63,845 nucleotides of DNA, filler included, from Bigelowiella natans CCMP2755 (GCA_000320545.1; 7 parts of 7 records of this genome joined end to end with filler, not necessarily neighbours in it), one strand, 5' to 3'. Positions 14,246-27,735 are shown, counted from the whole stretch's first letter. The notes: a model not told the origin generated them from the sequence alone. Made by a program: numbers and translations.

Positions 14246-14507
14246 AATGGGGAGATAAAGTAAGAAAGAAAATACGAAATATATTTGGATTTCTGATGCA
14301 GTTATCAACGAAGAGGACGAAGAGGAGGAGGAGGAGGAGGAGGAGGGAGATCTCTCGCAGAGGCTAGCACAGCAAATAGAAATGTACAATAAGCGTCGGG
14401 AAAAGCAAAGACAATATGAAGTCAAGCACATCGTAAGGACGAAGAAACGGCAGCTCAAGATCACGAAAGATAGGCGGAGGGACATTGAAGATTTTGGTTG
14501 ATACTGC

Positions 14508-14560
<53 letters not shown>

Positions 14561-15259
14561 ATGTGTGTGTGTGTTTATAAAATGAATCTCCTTGTTTCGT
14601 AGTGAGAACCCGTGAGTCAGGGAAGGAAAGCAAAGAGGAAAGACAGGAGCGGCTACAGAGAGCAGCCAAAAAGTACCTTGATCAATCCGCTCTACCGCCA
14701 GGACTCGAAGCGAGGATGCTGAAGCGCGTAATATCAATGATCGTGATGAGGAGGAAACTACTTGATACGAATGCTCACACCTCCCTAATCCCCTGCGATC
14801 ACTGCATTGAACAATGAAGCTTAGCTTATTCTTCCTTTTACAAGGCACTGGAAAAGAAGAAGAAAGAGGACGAAGAAGAGGCGGCCCGGAAGGCAGCGGA
14901 GGAGAAGCTGAAGGAAAAAATTAAAGTGCATATGATCAAAAATCACTGCTGCACCTTCTCGTGCTCTCTTCTCTCTCTTTCTCTCGCTTTCTCTCTCTTC
15001 CTCTCTCTTTCTCTCTCTTTCATTCTCTTTCATTCTCTTTCTCTCTCTCTCCCCTTCCCGTATGTGTGTGGCCCCACTCTATAATCAAACGAGTGGCCGA
15101 TGTTTATGACATTGTGTGATGTCATTAATTCCATGACCATCAACCCCTCGACTAGGATGAGGAAGGTGCCAAGATTGGAGAGGGCAGCAGTACAAGCAGG
15201 GTCAGTCATGAGAGTTTTGCATGTACCCGCATACTGTACATCTGCACGCATATAAGACA

Positions 15260-15302
<43 letters not shown>

Positions 15303-15354
15303 TTGTTTACATCCAATCGAATCCTGCAATTTTCTCCTTCCCCTCCTCTCTCTT

Positions 15355-15411
<57 letters not shown>

Positions 15412-15609
15412 GTGTGTGTGTGTGTGCGTGCGTGTGTGACTACGTGCACGTGAAGGTACCCGACTTTAAAAAAATCCACGAGCGCGACGAACGGCGACGG
15501 ATGAAGATGGCACAGAAAAGGGCAGCGGAGAGGCAGAAGACAGTCCCGATGGCCTTCAAACTTAGTAATAGTAGCGAAAAATAGTAACAACAAGGCCATA
15601 GATACTTGA

Positions 15610-15657
<48 letters not shown>

Positions 15658-15662
15658 TACTT

Positions 15663-15723
<61 letters not shown>

Positions 15724-18324
15724 ATTGGTATTCAGTATATATACCAAATAATACACACTTCCTCAATCATCATAATCACCGAAAGGCAAGCCACGGAAGA
15801 AGAAAGCGCAGCCGCAACCTCGGGCAGTTGGGAAGCGGGCCAGCTTCAAAGCGGAAAGCTCTTTGCGCAACTCGAATCCGCCTAAACCAAAGCTCACAAA
15901 ATCTGTCGCATTGAAAATCCGTGAAACAAACAACAAGATCGTCGCACGCTTTCGCGAGGAAGAGCAGGTAATGTTGAGGAGAGGTAGCTGGCTGGACCGA
16001 TGTGTCCTCAGTACCACTTGCTTGATGACTTCCAAGCATATTCTCTGTTTTCTTCTACTCCTTCTTCTACTCCTTCTTCTCCTCCTTCTTCTTCTTCTTC
16101 TTCTTCTCCTTCTTCCCCTTCTTCCATCCTGCTTATTGACGCTTATCATCCTCGTCATCACCGTCACACATCGGCATGTTTTTCTTTGACATTGATCGCA
16201 GCGGAAGAAGGAGCTTATGAACTCGACGGTGGCCTTCAACAAATGTCCGAGCGAAGAGATGAGGAAGGCGGTGAAACAGCATATAAAGGCCAACAGGGGG
16301 AATAAGCTGCCTCATGCGGTAATTCTTTGGCATTGCGTCACCAATGCCACAACTAGTGCATCGCTCCTATATAGAGCTGTCAGCAGGGGACGTTTTGCCT
16401 TCCCGCGACTACATGCATTTGACACTTGTGTAACCAAAAAGGCTGAGATTCGTCGGAAAACTGAACAAGCCCGGCGCGAGGCTGCCAAGAGCGAGCAAGA
16501 GTAGAACCAACTAAAGATAGGAAAGGAGGAGGGGTGAGAGAGGGACATGCCTTCAGTTTGGGACGCGTCTAGGCCCACCAGCCTCCCGATGAAAGGGGCA
16601 TTATGCTGTTTTGGCGTGTTTGATTTTCCCCTTTATATGTGCTGCTACACGCCTCGCAACATGATGGCATGCAAGTTTACTCCACATGGGGGCCTCATCG
16701 TCTAGCGTGCTGTTGTGACGGTTGCTGCTGATGATACCAAAGGTACAAGCGCAAGATGAAAGAGATGAAGGAGCGCATTTCCAAGCGACCGTTGCTCATG
16801 TTGCAGGTATTGCGCACATCCTCACTGTTATACCTTCCTGGCACTCTCACAACTCAAATGAAAAAATATGTAGAATTAGATATACATGTGCAGCCTATGT
16901 TTAGTATGAAACGCAGCAACACCATCACACTTGCTCTTGCATACTCCGCCGTCGTCTCGACGCCCCTTTCCTCATACCAGGACAAACGCGAGCGAGACCG
17001 GCGTGAGGCCCGACGCCAGACCCTGATAAAGTTTAAGAAATCCCTCGAGGAGACCGGCGTAAGAGATCAAGATCAGAGGCGATACTTCGACATCGAGGAG
17101 TTGAAGGATCATGGCTTGGCCCACTGGTTAGATAAGAAGCCGTTGCTTTCCCGCCACCGGCGGCGAGGCCGAAAAACAGGGGGCAAGAAGAACAGGAACA
17201 AGAACAAGAAACGCTCACTCACCCAGAAGAATAAGTCGCATCAGCAGGCGCAGGTAGATAGCAAGAGCTCACCCTCCCCTTCCCTGGCACAACTCGATTA
17301 TTCCACTGCATTGGGAGCCGCCCTCGGGGCTTTGGATAAGACGCTTCAGTCTTCCGCTGTTGGCAGCAGTATGGCGACGCAATATCATCCTCCTGCGCTC
17401 CTTGATACTCCTCCCGCCAAGGGGGGAGAAACGGATTGGGGGTGGGAGGGCAAAGATGACGAAGAAGTTAAAACCAAGGATGGCCCCCTGCTGCTTGAAG
17501 AAGGCGCCACAGATAATACCGCCGGATTCGATACGGCGACAAAAGTTGACGTGGGGAAGGCAAGCGATGGCGCCAGCGCAAACGATTCGCTAGCAATGGT
17601 AACTCTCGGAGGAGACCGCAAAAAAGAGGATGTTTTGGGAAGTGCTCCTGAAGCAGGAAAAGACGGTACGCTGGAAATCCCTCTAACAGAGGAGAAGAAC
17701 AAGGATACCGGCGGTGCTGATGTGGGTACGTTGGAAATCCCTCCAGCAGATGAGAAGAATGAGGATACCAGCGGTACAGACGGAGGAACGTTGGAAATTC
17801 CTTCAGCAGAAGAGAAGAATGAGGATACCAGCGGTACGGACGGAGGAACGTTGGAAATTCCTTCAGCAGAAGAGAAGAATGAGGATACCAGCGGTACAGA
17901 CGGAGGAACGTTGGAAATTCCTTCAGCAGAAGAGAAGAACAAGGATACCGGCGGTGCTGATGTGGGTACGTTGGAAATTCCTTCAGCAGAAGAGAAAAAT
18001 AATGAAACTAGTGTCACCGCTGATGTTGCAGATAATAAACAGGAGGCAGATAACATTCCTGCCGACGTCGAAACGGCGAAAACCGCCGATAGGAAGATGG
18101 ACGACGACGCCCCACTTAGCAATAGCACAACGGCAGCCGCAACGGTGGCAACTGATAAGCCACAGCCCCATAGCAGCAGTACCACCGATGATAAAGATGA
18201 GCCACCAAAGGACGATCCTATCGGCGATATAGACGACGAAGACGAAATCGTTGACGATCTGGAAATCTCGGATGACGACGGTGACGCGGAGGACTATGAC
18301 GATTACGAGGACGATTTCGATTAA
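10669..18324 (+). CDS. FAM161-family (UPF0564) centriole/cilium microtubule-binding protein with a long acidic, repeat-containing C-terminus; 5' exons uncertain
   Basis: Exons encode MTVPKPFKF (about 13550), RRFKAKPVPASTFVPKL (about 13830), VPDFKKIHE...KTVPMAF (about 15456-15560) and MKERISKRPLLM (about 16765), in the order of FAM161A/B conserved blocks. Charged coiled-coil segments lie between them. Terminal exon 16981-18324. Confidence 0.7.
17665..18010 (+). repeat. Coding minisatellite: about 6 copies of a 60-bp unit (20 aa, GTLEIPSAEEKNEDTSGTDG)
   Basis: Rows starting at 17701, 17761, 17821, 17881 and 17941 are near-identical with an exact 60-bp period. Confidence 0.97.
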
Positions 18325-18599
18325 GTCGCTGTGTGGTTTTGGCTATATCATTGTCGCGTGTACGAACCTACTTCCGTATCCAAAGTAAGAGCCATAAAGC
18401 TCTGACCCACCCAACAACTCTTCATGCTCAATAAATCAGTTCTAGGTTTGAGAAAGCATTTCGTGTACGGTGTTGCATGTATCATCATTTATCAGCATCG
18501 CTCAAGAATTGATTTCGTGTACATTTTGACAATCCGAATACGATACAATTACTCGGTGAATTTGTGATGTCAGTCCTGTCCGCCCTGGAAGCAGCTCGG

Positions 18600-19270
18600 A
18601 GCCCGAAAGGGTTTGACTTGTATATTCGGGTCATTCTAATGTCATGGTCGAATTAAACGGTCGATGCACAATGCGCAAAACATTAGGGATTTGTTTCCTC
18701 TTCGCCAAACATGATCTACGGCACATCCATATGCACAATGCGTGTGAAGTCATGCACATGTTCTCTTGAGGCGATGTCTGCGCTGGACCATGCATCATAG
18801 GAGTGCAGCGTGCATTGCGATCTTGATTATTACGTAGTGCATATAAGCTTGCGCACATTCGCATTTATGAATGATGCCATAGTAGTACTAATGTCTATAG
18901 ATGTGGCGAATGCACGCGATGTGTGATGCTTGCATGAATTACGATACAACATGAATACTGATGATAAAAACTGAACTAGTACTAGATAATGTATCATCTA
19001 ACTGTTGATAGCTAGGGAGCAAAGCCCTAAATTTGGAATAATATACTATCATCTAATCATATAGAAGACAAAGAGGAAACTAATCCTGTGAAGCGACATG
19101 CGTAGCAGTTCGCGCGCGCGCGTGTGTGTTGCTATGCAGCACAATCGCGAATCATGCAAGAGCAAGGTACCGCATGCGCACCGCAGCAACAAGCAGCTAC
19201 ACCTGTTATAAGTTAATAAGTATATGGCGTCATCAGCTATTCTATCATAACAGCAGGATGCTAGCATGAT
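18600..19270. other. Palindromic-tetramer-rich spacer (CATG/TGCA/CTAG) between convergent 3' ends
   Basis: Dense ATGCAC, CATGCA, ACTAGTACTAG and GCTAGCATG words; no credible ORF. Confidence 0.55.
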
Positions 19271-19292
19271 AAGGATGACGGTAATAACCTGC

Positions 19293-19591
19293 TCAGGATA
19301 TCATACAAGCACCCCTTTCATTTTCAGGGTCGTCATCAGATTCGCTGTTATTGTTGTAGCTGTCGCGGCCCTCTTTGACCTCTCTCATCCCCCCGCTGCT
19401 CATGGCATCTCCGGTGATTTTGGGAGCACAAGATATGGGTCTTTCCGCTGACGACGATATCCTCGCCTCTGTGTTCCAGATGGGTTCAGCAGCAGCAATG
19501 TATCAGTAGTTAAAAGGAAAAAGAAAAAGAAGAAGAAAGAGGGGTTAAATTAAAAGCAATAAGATGTATACCTTTTGAACGTTGCCCCCCA

Positions 19592-19638
<47 letters not shown>

Positions 19639-20113
19639 ATCTCTCAGGATGTGGACGATCAATCACATTTCATATCTCTGTCTGCACTTTCGTGCGTGTG
19701 CGGGTGTTTGCGTTCAATCAGCAGGCACGACGAGCGTAGCGCCACGATTCCATTCACCACACGGCAAGGACGACCACAGTAGCAACAACAACAACGACTA
19801 CTGCAATTACCTAAGACTCGAGCTGGACAATACTCATCGTCTTCTGCGGAGCTTGGCTTCTGTCCATTATCAAAAGCTTTATTAGATGCTGCAGGCTCTA
19901 AATACTGCCTGTTTGTACAAAATGCGCCTTGCTTTACTTGTTGTACCCTGATCCTGGGATTAGATGCCCACTGCCCCTCGCCTCCGCCCGCACTGTCTTC
20001 GCACAACATCCAAATCCCCTCGGTGGGTCGTCCCTAGCAGCAACAGAAAGGGGAGGGAGAGGAAGAAGAAGAGGAGGAGGAAGAAGGGGAATGATGCGAT
20101 GACAATGATGATG

Positions 20114-20171
<58 letters not shown>

Positions 20172-20254
20172 CATCGCTGTTGTGTCTTTTCGCACTGCAT
20201 ACATGTGATGCTACTGCTGGTATCATGCATTGTGTGCGCCCATCCAACTACTAG

Positions 20255-20287
<33 letters not shown>

Positions 20288-21747
20288 CACGCTACTACTA
20301 CTAGTACTATCCCTCCAACGAACAAACCTGTGAAGTCTGGAAATCGATCTTACTCATGCGTTTTCTGATATAATCGTGCAGCATCTCCTCGCCCTCTCCC
20401 TTCTCCTCGCTGTCGCCTTCCTTACTAGCCTTGCTGCCACCCCCCTCTTGAGAGCCCGCTTCTCCCTCGAGCTCCTCGCTCAGATTCGGTGGCGCTTTCT
20501 GCCCCGGAAACATCGGCTCTGACTCTTCGCCACGGTGTAAGCATTCCAAATCCCCTGCGAGGATGATGCATGGGAGGGGGGGCTGCTGCATCTGTGTACG
20601 CCGCTCAGGCGCGTCGTTGGCAGCATCGTTGACAGCTTGGCCATGCTTCTCCTTCTTCGCCAAAGCAGTGTGATTCTTCTTCTCTTCTCCCTCTCTCGCT
20701 TTTGCGGTCATCGTGGTGTAGCACGTTCCGGCTAGCAAGTGTTTTAGGAGGTGGGCGATTGCGTTTCTGCGTCCCCCCCCCCCCCAAGTTAGGTATGGCA
20801 AAGGCAAATGAATAGAGACACAAGAAAGAGAGGACAAGGGGGAGGGGGGCGGGGTACGTGAGATGGTTAAAAAAAATGCTACTTTAGTTTCTAGTTGGAA
20901 AAATGTTGTTGGAGGAGGAAGCTACTAGGTGAGTAGCAGAGCAGCATCTGCTCTCTTATATATTTAGTAGTTGTAGTAGCAGCAGCAGCAGCAGCACTTT
21001 TTCTCCTAATACCTTCGTTCAAAGGAAGAGGATGGTGGCGCTAGAGCCGTGGCTGCAGCAGCAAGGCCAGCACAAAGAAGATAGAGGAGGAGGAGGAGGA
21101 GGAAGAGGAGGAAGAGGAGGAAGGTGGGGAGAAGAGAGGTACTTAAATGAGAATATCGATGACGCTGACGACGGTTATGATAGCAGATATAGCACGTTTG
21201 CCTTGATGGAGGCGTGTGCAGATTACTTTTTGGTTGTTTCTGCGTACCGACACCACTGCAGCAACACACACACGCAATCGATGGAGGGAGGAGCAAACTA
21301 TACTATATTAGTGCATGTTGGCCGCCATATCGTAAAGGAACATTTGATATGATATTCTCTCCTTTCTTCTTCTTCTTCTTCTCCTTCTTCTTCCTTTTCT
21401 TCCTCCTCCCCTATTCCGCGAAGGGGTGGTATATTAGCAGGGGGGGGGGGGGGTTGATGTCCTGAGAGAAAGACCAAGCAGCAGCCGAGAGCCATTCACG
21501 ACGAAAGAGCAGCGTAAAGCCTCAAAGCCGAGCCTACGTGACGACATCCCTCGTGTTCAGACAACGTGCGCTCGCATTCGTCATATATGTATACGAATCT
21601 GTATGTCTTCTTCTTCTTCTTCTTCTTCTTCTTCTTGCTCTTTCCTTTTCTCGACTACTACTGCCGCAACAATCGATTCACCCGAGATGCAGCGACTCCG
21701 CGCTTATCGGAGCGATCCGCGATAATACCACGATCGACCCCACTGTG
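19293..21747 (-). CDS. Endonuclease/exonuclease/phosphatase (EEP, TDP2-like) fold protein with degenerate catalytic motifs and C-terminal CaaX (CMIS); 5' end lost near gap
   Basis: Phase-consistent exons give VGSIVVLSRIAPI, GFEALRCSFVVNGSRLLLATALAPPSSSFERRNAIAHLLKHL, PCIILAGDLEC, FQTSQGRPTEGIW and ...ENERGACMIS*. The order matches EEP motifs (GxAILSRxPI, THL, IxxGDxN, DxI). Confidence 0.55.
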
Positions 21748-22021
21748 CGCCTGGGAAACACGTGAAGACATCGGGCAGTAAGAGGCGGGGGGGGGGGGGG
21801 GGGAAAGGGAAAGGGTTATTTTTTGGTCTGGATCCCGCCCCCAAAAAAAAAAAAAAACCGTTCTCCGATTGATTACTGGCCTTAAAGAAACCTCCCCCCC
21901 CCCCCTTCTTCTCTCCGAAAATGACAAGGAAGGGGCTGGGGGCTTTTTCTCTTTCCCAATCCTTTCCCGTTTTAAGGCCCTCCCGCCTGTGGGAGGCTGA
22001 GGGTTGGGCCCAACTCCAACC

Positions 22022-22121
22022 NNNNNNNNNNNNNNNNNNNNNNNNNNNNNNNNNNNNNNNNNNNNTTAATTAATTAANNNNNNNNNNNNNNNNNNNNNNN
22101 NNNNNNNNNNNNNNNNNNNNN
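22022..22121. other. Assembly gap with linker
   Basis: N-run/TTAATTAATTAA/N-run. Confidence 0.98.
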
Positions 22122-22156
<35 letters not shown>

Positions 22157-22230
22157 TACTGTAGCGAGTAAGCAAGAGATTTCTGGTCGAAAAAGCGCAG
22201 TAGCAGCAGCGTGGCTTTGCATCTCGACTG

Positions 22231-24386
22231 TTACATGGGCGGTCGGTCGAAGGGCGGCCCATCAAAATGGGGTGGGGGGCCGTCGAAGTGCGGCGGCGGC
22301 GGCCCGCCCCCGTCGAAACGCCGCCGATGGTGAGGTGGAGGGGGGCCCCCTCGGCCAGGGCCGTCGAAGGGCGGTAGCATTCTCCCGGGTGGGGGAGGGC
22401 TGGAGAGAAACACAACACCCACCGTCAGCGACTCGAAGAGCAGATACTGTAACGAACGAGGATGGATACGGAACATCGGTCATCGCTTTCCGCATGATTT
22501 ACTAGCTGCTGAGCTCACCGTCGAATGGAGGTCGTCCTCGTCGATCAAACTCATTATTGAAGTCCCGTCCTCCTCCTCCTCCTCCTCCTCCTCCTCCTCC
22601 TCTTGGCCCTGGATATTCATGGCGTGGCCCAGGACCGGGTCCCCAGTGCCGTGGCCCTCCATCCTCCGGGTGCCATTGGGGCGGGGGGGCGCCCTGCTGT
22701 TCATTATTGCCTTCTCCTTCTACCTTTACACGCATCTCCCCGGTGCCTGTTTCCGCCGTTGATGGTCCTCCGTCCTCACCTCCTCCGCCCTCCCCTTTGG
22801 CTGTGTGCTGCGGTTGCCCCTGCTCCTGTTGCGGCGTTGCGGAATTGGGGGCAGCACTGCTGCTGCTTTCTGTCGCTTCCATACTATTATCCTTGCCTTC
22901 AGAAGGGGGGGGGCCGAATCGCGACCGTCTTTGATGGATCGGTTGCTGCTGGTGCTGCGCTGCTGCTGCTGCTGCTGGTGGTTGGTGTTGGCGTTGTTGT
23001 TGGTAGTGCTGCTGCTGCTGCTGCTGCTGCTGATACATATAAGGGGGCCTGTTGTTGTTGTTGTTGTTGTTGTTGTGGCTGCTGCTGCTGTGGACGTTGT
23101 TGTTATTGTGGCGCTGATCGTATGAGTTGAGCATTTGAAGGGCTGAGGATACAGACGAGCCGTTGCCAGCTCCCTTCGCACCGTGACTCTCGATTGTCTC
23201 GATCTGAGAACCGGAGAGAGCGATTGTTAGAAAAAAAGACGACGCCATTATTATCAACACGGACATAGTGAAGGGCAAGTACGGAGCTGCCATACAGCAG
23301 CAGTAGCGTGGAGAAATGAGCAGCAAACCTGAGACTTGTTTATGCTTTCCATTTGCCGGAACTTGATCTGCTCCTTCCTGTACTTGTTCCATGTTTCTTC
23401 CTAATTGACAATGATCGCGAATGATGAATCGGGTGGTAGCAAAGAACAGTACGACAGCGCACACAGCAATGTGGACGAGACAGTAGTGATATGGACCAAA
23501 AAACAAATTAAGTTCTGATTCGTTTTGTCTGCTCGTCAGGGCGACATATGCATCAGAGAGGACGGTATTTTTACCGTGAACCCGTAGTTAAAGTAGTCTG
23601 TAATATCAGCCCCCGGTTGTCGCCAAGGCTTGTCCGTGTCTTCAAGATCGATCTCATACACTGCTGCATTCGGTTTAGGAAGCTTCGGTGCATTGGATGG
23701 GGCTGCAACTGGGGCGGCGCCAGTAGTTGCGGCTGCTGCTGCTGTCACCGCTGTTGATGGTGATCCTGGTACTATAGCAGAGGCGGCGCTCGATGTGGAG
23801 GGAACCCTAGCCAAACTTGGCTTGACAGTCGGGAGCTTGGAGTCAAGGATGTTTACATACGTCTTTTGGTGCTGGTTAGGCTCGGGGGCGGTCGGCACAT
23901 CATCCTTAGGGTAGTAGAGATTCACACGCAAATAAAAACTTATTATCTTGTCGTCGGAATACGTTTACTAAAGGTGGATTGAATTCTGGGAAACACCTCC
24001 TCTAAGAGAAGCTCGACTTCATCCTCGTCATCATCCTCATATTCGTCTTCGTCCTCGTCCTCGTCCTTATCATCGCCTTCATTCGAGTCTCCATTGGCTT
24101 TGCTATCACCCCCCTTAGAATCTTCCGCAATTGACGGTTTTATATCCAAGGAATCTTTGCGCTCTGCCCCCTATTGACAGTGCATTGTTTCCCTTTTCAG
24201 TAATGGTTCAATAAAACTTGGAAGCGCATCAATAACCTCATTAGGGCCTCCTTCTCCATCGATCTCTGCTTCAAGATCTTCGAGCATAGCATCTGCGCTT
24301 TTTTCTGTAGAGAATGATCAAACAATAAAATCAGAACGCTTCCTCGGTTCACATAAGAACGTCATTCCACCCGCGCCGTCCGCCAT
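22231..24386 (-). CDS. FIP1: Pre-mRNA 3'-end processing factor FIP1 (3' end probably lost in gap)
   Basis: Fip1 signature YEIDLEDTDKPWRQPGADITDYFNYGFT (about 23575-23660). Acidic N-terminus (DEDEDEYEDDDEDEVELLL) and Pro/Gly/Arg-rich low-complexity C-terminus. ATG at 24386 splices in phase to the next exons. Confidence 0.92.
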
Positions 24387-24878
24387 TGTGTTCGAGATGT
24401 GTAAGACACAACGCACAGTTTTTGCGGCTAAAGCTTCTCCCAAAATCATGCATATTTAATGGAAATACGCCGTGTGTAGATATATTTATGTCCTAATTAA
24501 GGGCATTTGTAGGCACTAAAAAATCCCGGATCATCTGGCTGTGCTCATTGTTGGGGGATTGCGAATGATTGGAGGCCAGTTTTCACCGAACAAGCCCATG
24601 AAGACACATAAAAGGAGAAAATAGCCTGCGAATCAATTGTGCGTCTCACAGTCACGATTTTAATTCCGCTTTTTAGACTCAAAATGCCCTATTGTCGCAG
24701 CTCTGTGAATCCGATTGTGCCAATTTCAAATCCAAGTTTCCGTTCCTCATCACGTTCATCTGCATCTGTTTGTCCTCCTTTGCTCCGTGGGAAACAACCC
24801 CAAATGCATTGAATCAAGAAAAATGAGAGGACACGTCCAGACGTGAGCGTGCGTGCGCGCGCGCGCGTGTGCATGTCC

Positions 24879-24917
<39 letters not shown>

Positions 24918-25009
24918 GTGTTTTTGCAACTTTGGAAAAAACTGAAAAATGTCACAAAAACACATTGTTCGTCAATGAACATCGCAATCTGTGACAAATC
25001 GTGCCACAC

Positions 25010-25440
25010 GTGCAGTCGATCGCTAGCACTGATTGAGTCTAGCAGTGCATCAGTGAATGCCAGAATGCTGAGTGGATCACGTGATCGACCCGGCTAGCCG
25101 GGTCAGTTCGATGCACGGCTACCGGATCAGTTCGATGCACGGCTAGACGAGCAGTAGCTAGAGCAGGCTAGCAGGCTTAAGCATGCTAGCATGCTGTGTC
25201 TAGCTAGCTACAAGTGTGCACCCAATCGCAGCATCGGTGGCGTTCTAGCGTTGACATGCTGGCTAGCTGGCATGTGCACATGTCACACACACGCACGACG
25301 TGATGTGCACTTCAATAGATGCTAATGCATGTAAGCAATATGCGTAGTATGGCTATGTAATCACATATAATTTGTCTAGATGTACATATGTGTACATTAT
25401 CTAGCTATGTACGCGCAGTACCAGCCGCAGCTAATGTTCA
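25010..25440. other. Palindromic-tetramer-rich spacer downstream of CAP-D3, including a 24-bp tandem duplication at 25098-25145
   Basis: Repeated GCTAGC, GCATGC, CTAGCTAG and TGTACA; CCGG(G/A)TCAGTTCGATGCACGGCTA occurs twice. Confidence 0.6.
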
Positions 25441-25822
25441 GTTTTCGACAAAATCAGTCAATAATTATATTGAAATTACTAATGTAATCATGCAGGATCT
25501 GAGGACGCAGTATGCTGCACACTTCGTTGTTTTTGTCTGTCCCCCCTTTTTTTGTTTCTATTGGGAACGATGTTCCGGCTCATCTCCGTTCACACGAATA
25601 TTTTTTGTAGGAGGAGATCGAACGATTTTCGCTGAGAATTACACGGCAAAATCAATAAATGTATACAGATGGGAGATTGTGGGACACAACATTAGGTCCA
25701 TCCATCACTCAGGAAAGCTTGATTTGGAAAACCCAGTGCACGGGCGCAAAATTGCATGAAAACGAATCTCTTCCTTTTTGTTTTCTTCTCTTCCTCGCTA
25801 GTGTTTATGCGTGCGTGCGCGC

Positions 25823-25865
<43 letters not shown>

Positions 25866-26024
25866 ACTGTCGTTGTATGCAGGACTTGGATGCACCCTCC
25901 TCTTTCCAATCTGAGGAAAACACAAATCGATAAATATATTTAAGCAGTAAAGAAACCAGGGAGGGGTTCGACGACTGACACCTCTTTCCCCTTATCCCCC
26001 CCATATCTCTCTCTACGGTCTCGG

Positions 26025-27096
26025 TTATTTCAAGTCTTTACACTTGGCATGATCGCTCACCTTCACGGGAGCCGGGGTCTTAAACACCCCTGCCCCTCCC
26101 TTGTCTCTGGAGCCTGCTGTCTTGTTTCCCTTCCCCCCCTTTGCTGTGGTTTTGGTATTTTTGGTGGTACTGCTGCTGCTGCTGCTGCCGCCCTTACTTG
26201 ATGGCTGATTGACCTTGAGATCGGACAATGGTGGCTGCGGCCGCTGCTGCAGCATTGACAGGGACGAGGTCGCGGCCTTATTTAGCTTGCGCGCAGAGCT
26301 TGGATTCTTGAGTCTCGGCGTCGAAAATCGGCACGATTTGCGTCGGGAAGAGGAGGAGGAGGCTGGCATTGGCGTTTGCCTGCGTTGGTGTTGTTATTGT
26401 TGTTGTTGCTGTGTGCACTTTGAGCGGCGACGCTACATTCTGCGACGACGACGACAACTATGACGACGACACCTACTACTACTACTTCTACTGCTACTAC
26501 TACCAAAATCATTACCTCGAGCTTGGCTGTTGGTTCTTCCTTGGCGTCACCGATGGCATGCCCACGATGGGGGTGGAGAGACAGCCGATGCTCTTCAGAT
26601 CTTGGAGGCATCTCTCTTCTACGATAAACAAAAACGGTTTTTTGAAGGGTAGGGAAAGGAGGAGGAGGGGGAGGGGGGCGGATGGATAAGAGGAGCGGAA
26701 GGAGGCCTCGTAAAACAGTCGCAAAATGACGTGTCGTGACCGTTACTATCGGTACCACAACGCTGCTGCTTCTGCTGCTGCTACTACTACGATTACTATC
26801 TAACACGACTGACTCGTCTTTCTCTCCCTTTCCTCAAACTGCTCTAGGTCGTATTTTAGCTCCGCGGCCAACTGAGGGTCCGAGACCTACACGACGACGA
26901 GGAGGGCAGTGACGGTGATGGTGGTGATGATGCGGGCGATGAAACAACGTGCATGTGAGAAGCAGCGGAAGAGCAGCTAGGAGGACACCGGCTAGTCATC
27001 CCGCTCTCAAGAATAATGATAGCGGTGATACGCTCAGCACGAAAACAGCGAAGGGGAAAGCACAACCCTACATCTCCAAGATGTGCCCATACTACT

Positions 27097-27132
<36 letters not shown>

Positions 27133-27295
27133 AGGCAAACACAACCGCAAGTACTCACGCACCAGAATCTCATCGATCTCGTCCTTATAGTCGCTCAAGA
27201 GCTCCTTCAAGTATGCCATGAGTGGCTTGATGACGGGGCTGCGTCGCCTCTCCAAGAGGTGTTTCAGCTCGATAAGCAGCGGCACGATGTTTTCC

Positions 27296-27300
<5 letters not shown>
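26025..27300 (-). CDS. NCAPD3: Condensin II subunit CAP-D3, C-terminal exons (5' part lost in gap)
   Basis: ENIVPLLIELKHLLERRRSPVIKPLMAYLKELLSDYKDEIDEIL followed by VSDPQLAAELKYDL matches the conserved CAP-D3 C-terminal block. A basic TP-rich tail follows to the stop at 26025. Confidence 0.82.
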
Positions 27301-27331
<31 letters not shown>

Positions 27332-27553
27332 AGGTGTGGGAGCGTCGTGTGGATGTACGGTTGCGTGTTCTCTCTCGCTGTGGGTGGGGGGAGCGTGCTC
27401 AGAGTATTCGAAGCAGTGCGCGGGGGGTTCAAGCGCCCACCAAGTGGCAGAACACCTTCCTGGGACAAAGAAAAGCGCCCCAAACAGCACCTGGCATGCA
27501 ACACAGGTGGACGAAATCACAGGCTGGATCTGAGCGATTTGACGATTGAATCT

Positions 27554-27653
27554 NNNNNNNNNNNNNNNNNNNNNNNNNNNNNNNNNNNNNNNNNNNNTTA
27601 ATTAATTAANNNNNNNNNNNNNNNNNNNNNNNNNNNNNNNNNNNNNNNNNNNN
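27554..27653. other. Assembly gap with linker
   Basis: N-run/TTAATTAATTAA/N-run. Confidence 0.98.
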
Positions 27654-27684
<31 letters not shown>

Positions 27685-27735
27685 CTCTCTCTCTCTCTCT
27701 TCCCCTCTTTTTCTTTGGCTGCTTGTCGTAATAGC

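Noticed and set aside
12167-16189. Many ORFs with poly-ER, HT, CV, YI or LS runs
   Set aside because: Translations of intronic dinucleotide microsatellites.
17665-18010. Regular 60-bp periodicity resembling a CRISPR array
   Set aside because: No unique spacers, in frame within a eukaryotic exon, and no cas genes.
19293-24386. Possible FIP1-EEP fusion (same strand, adjacent)
   Set aside because: Separated by a gap of unknown true size and low-quality sequence, so it cannot be supported.
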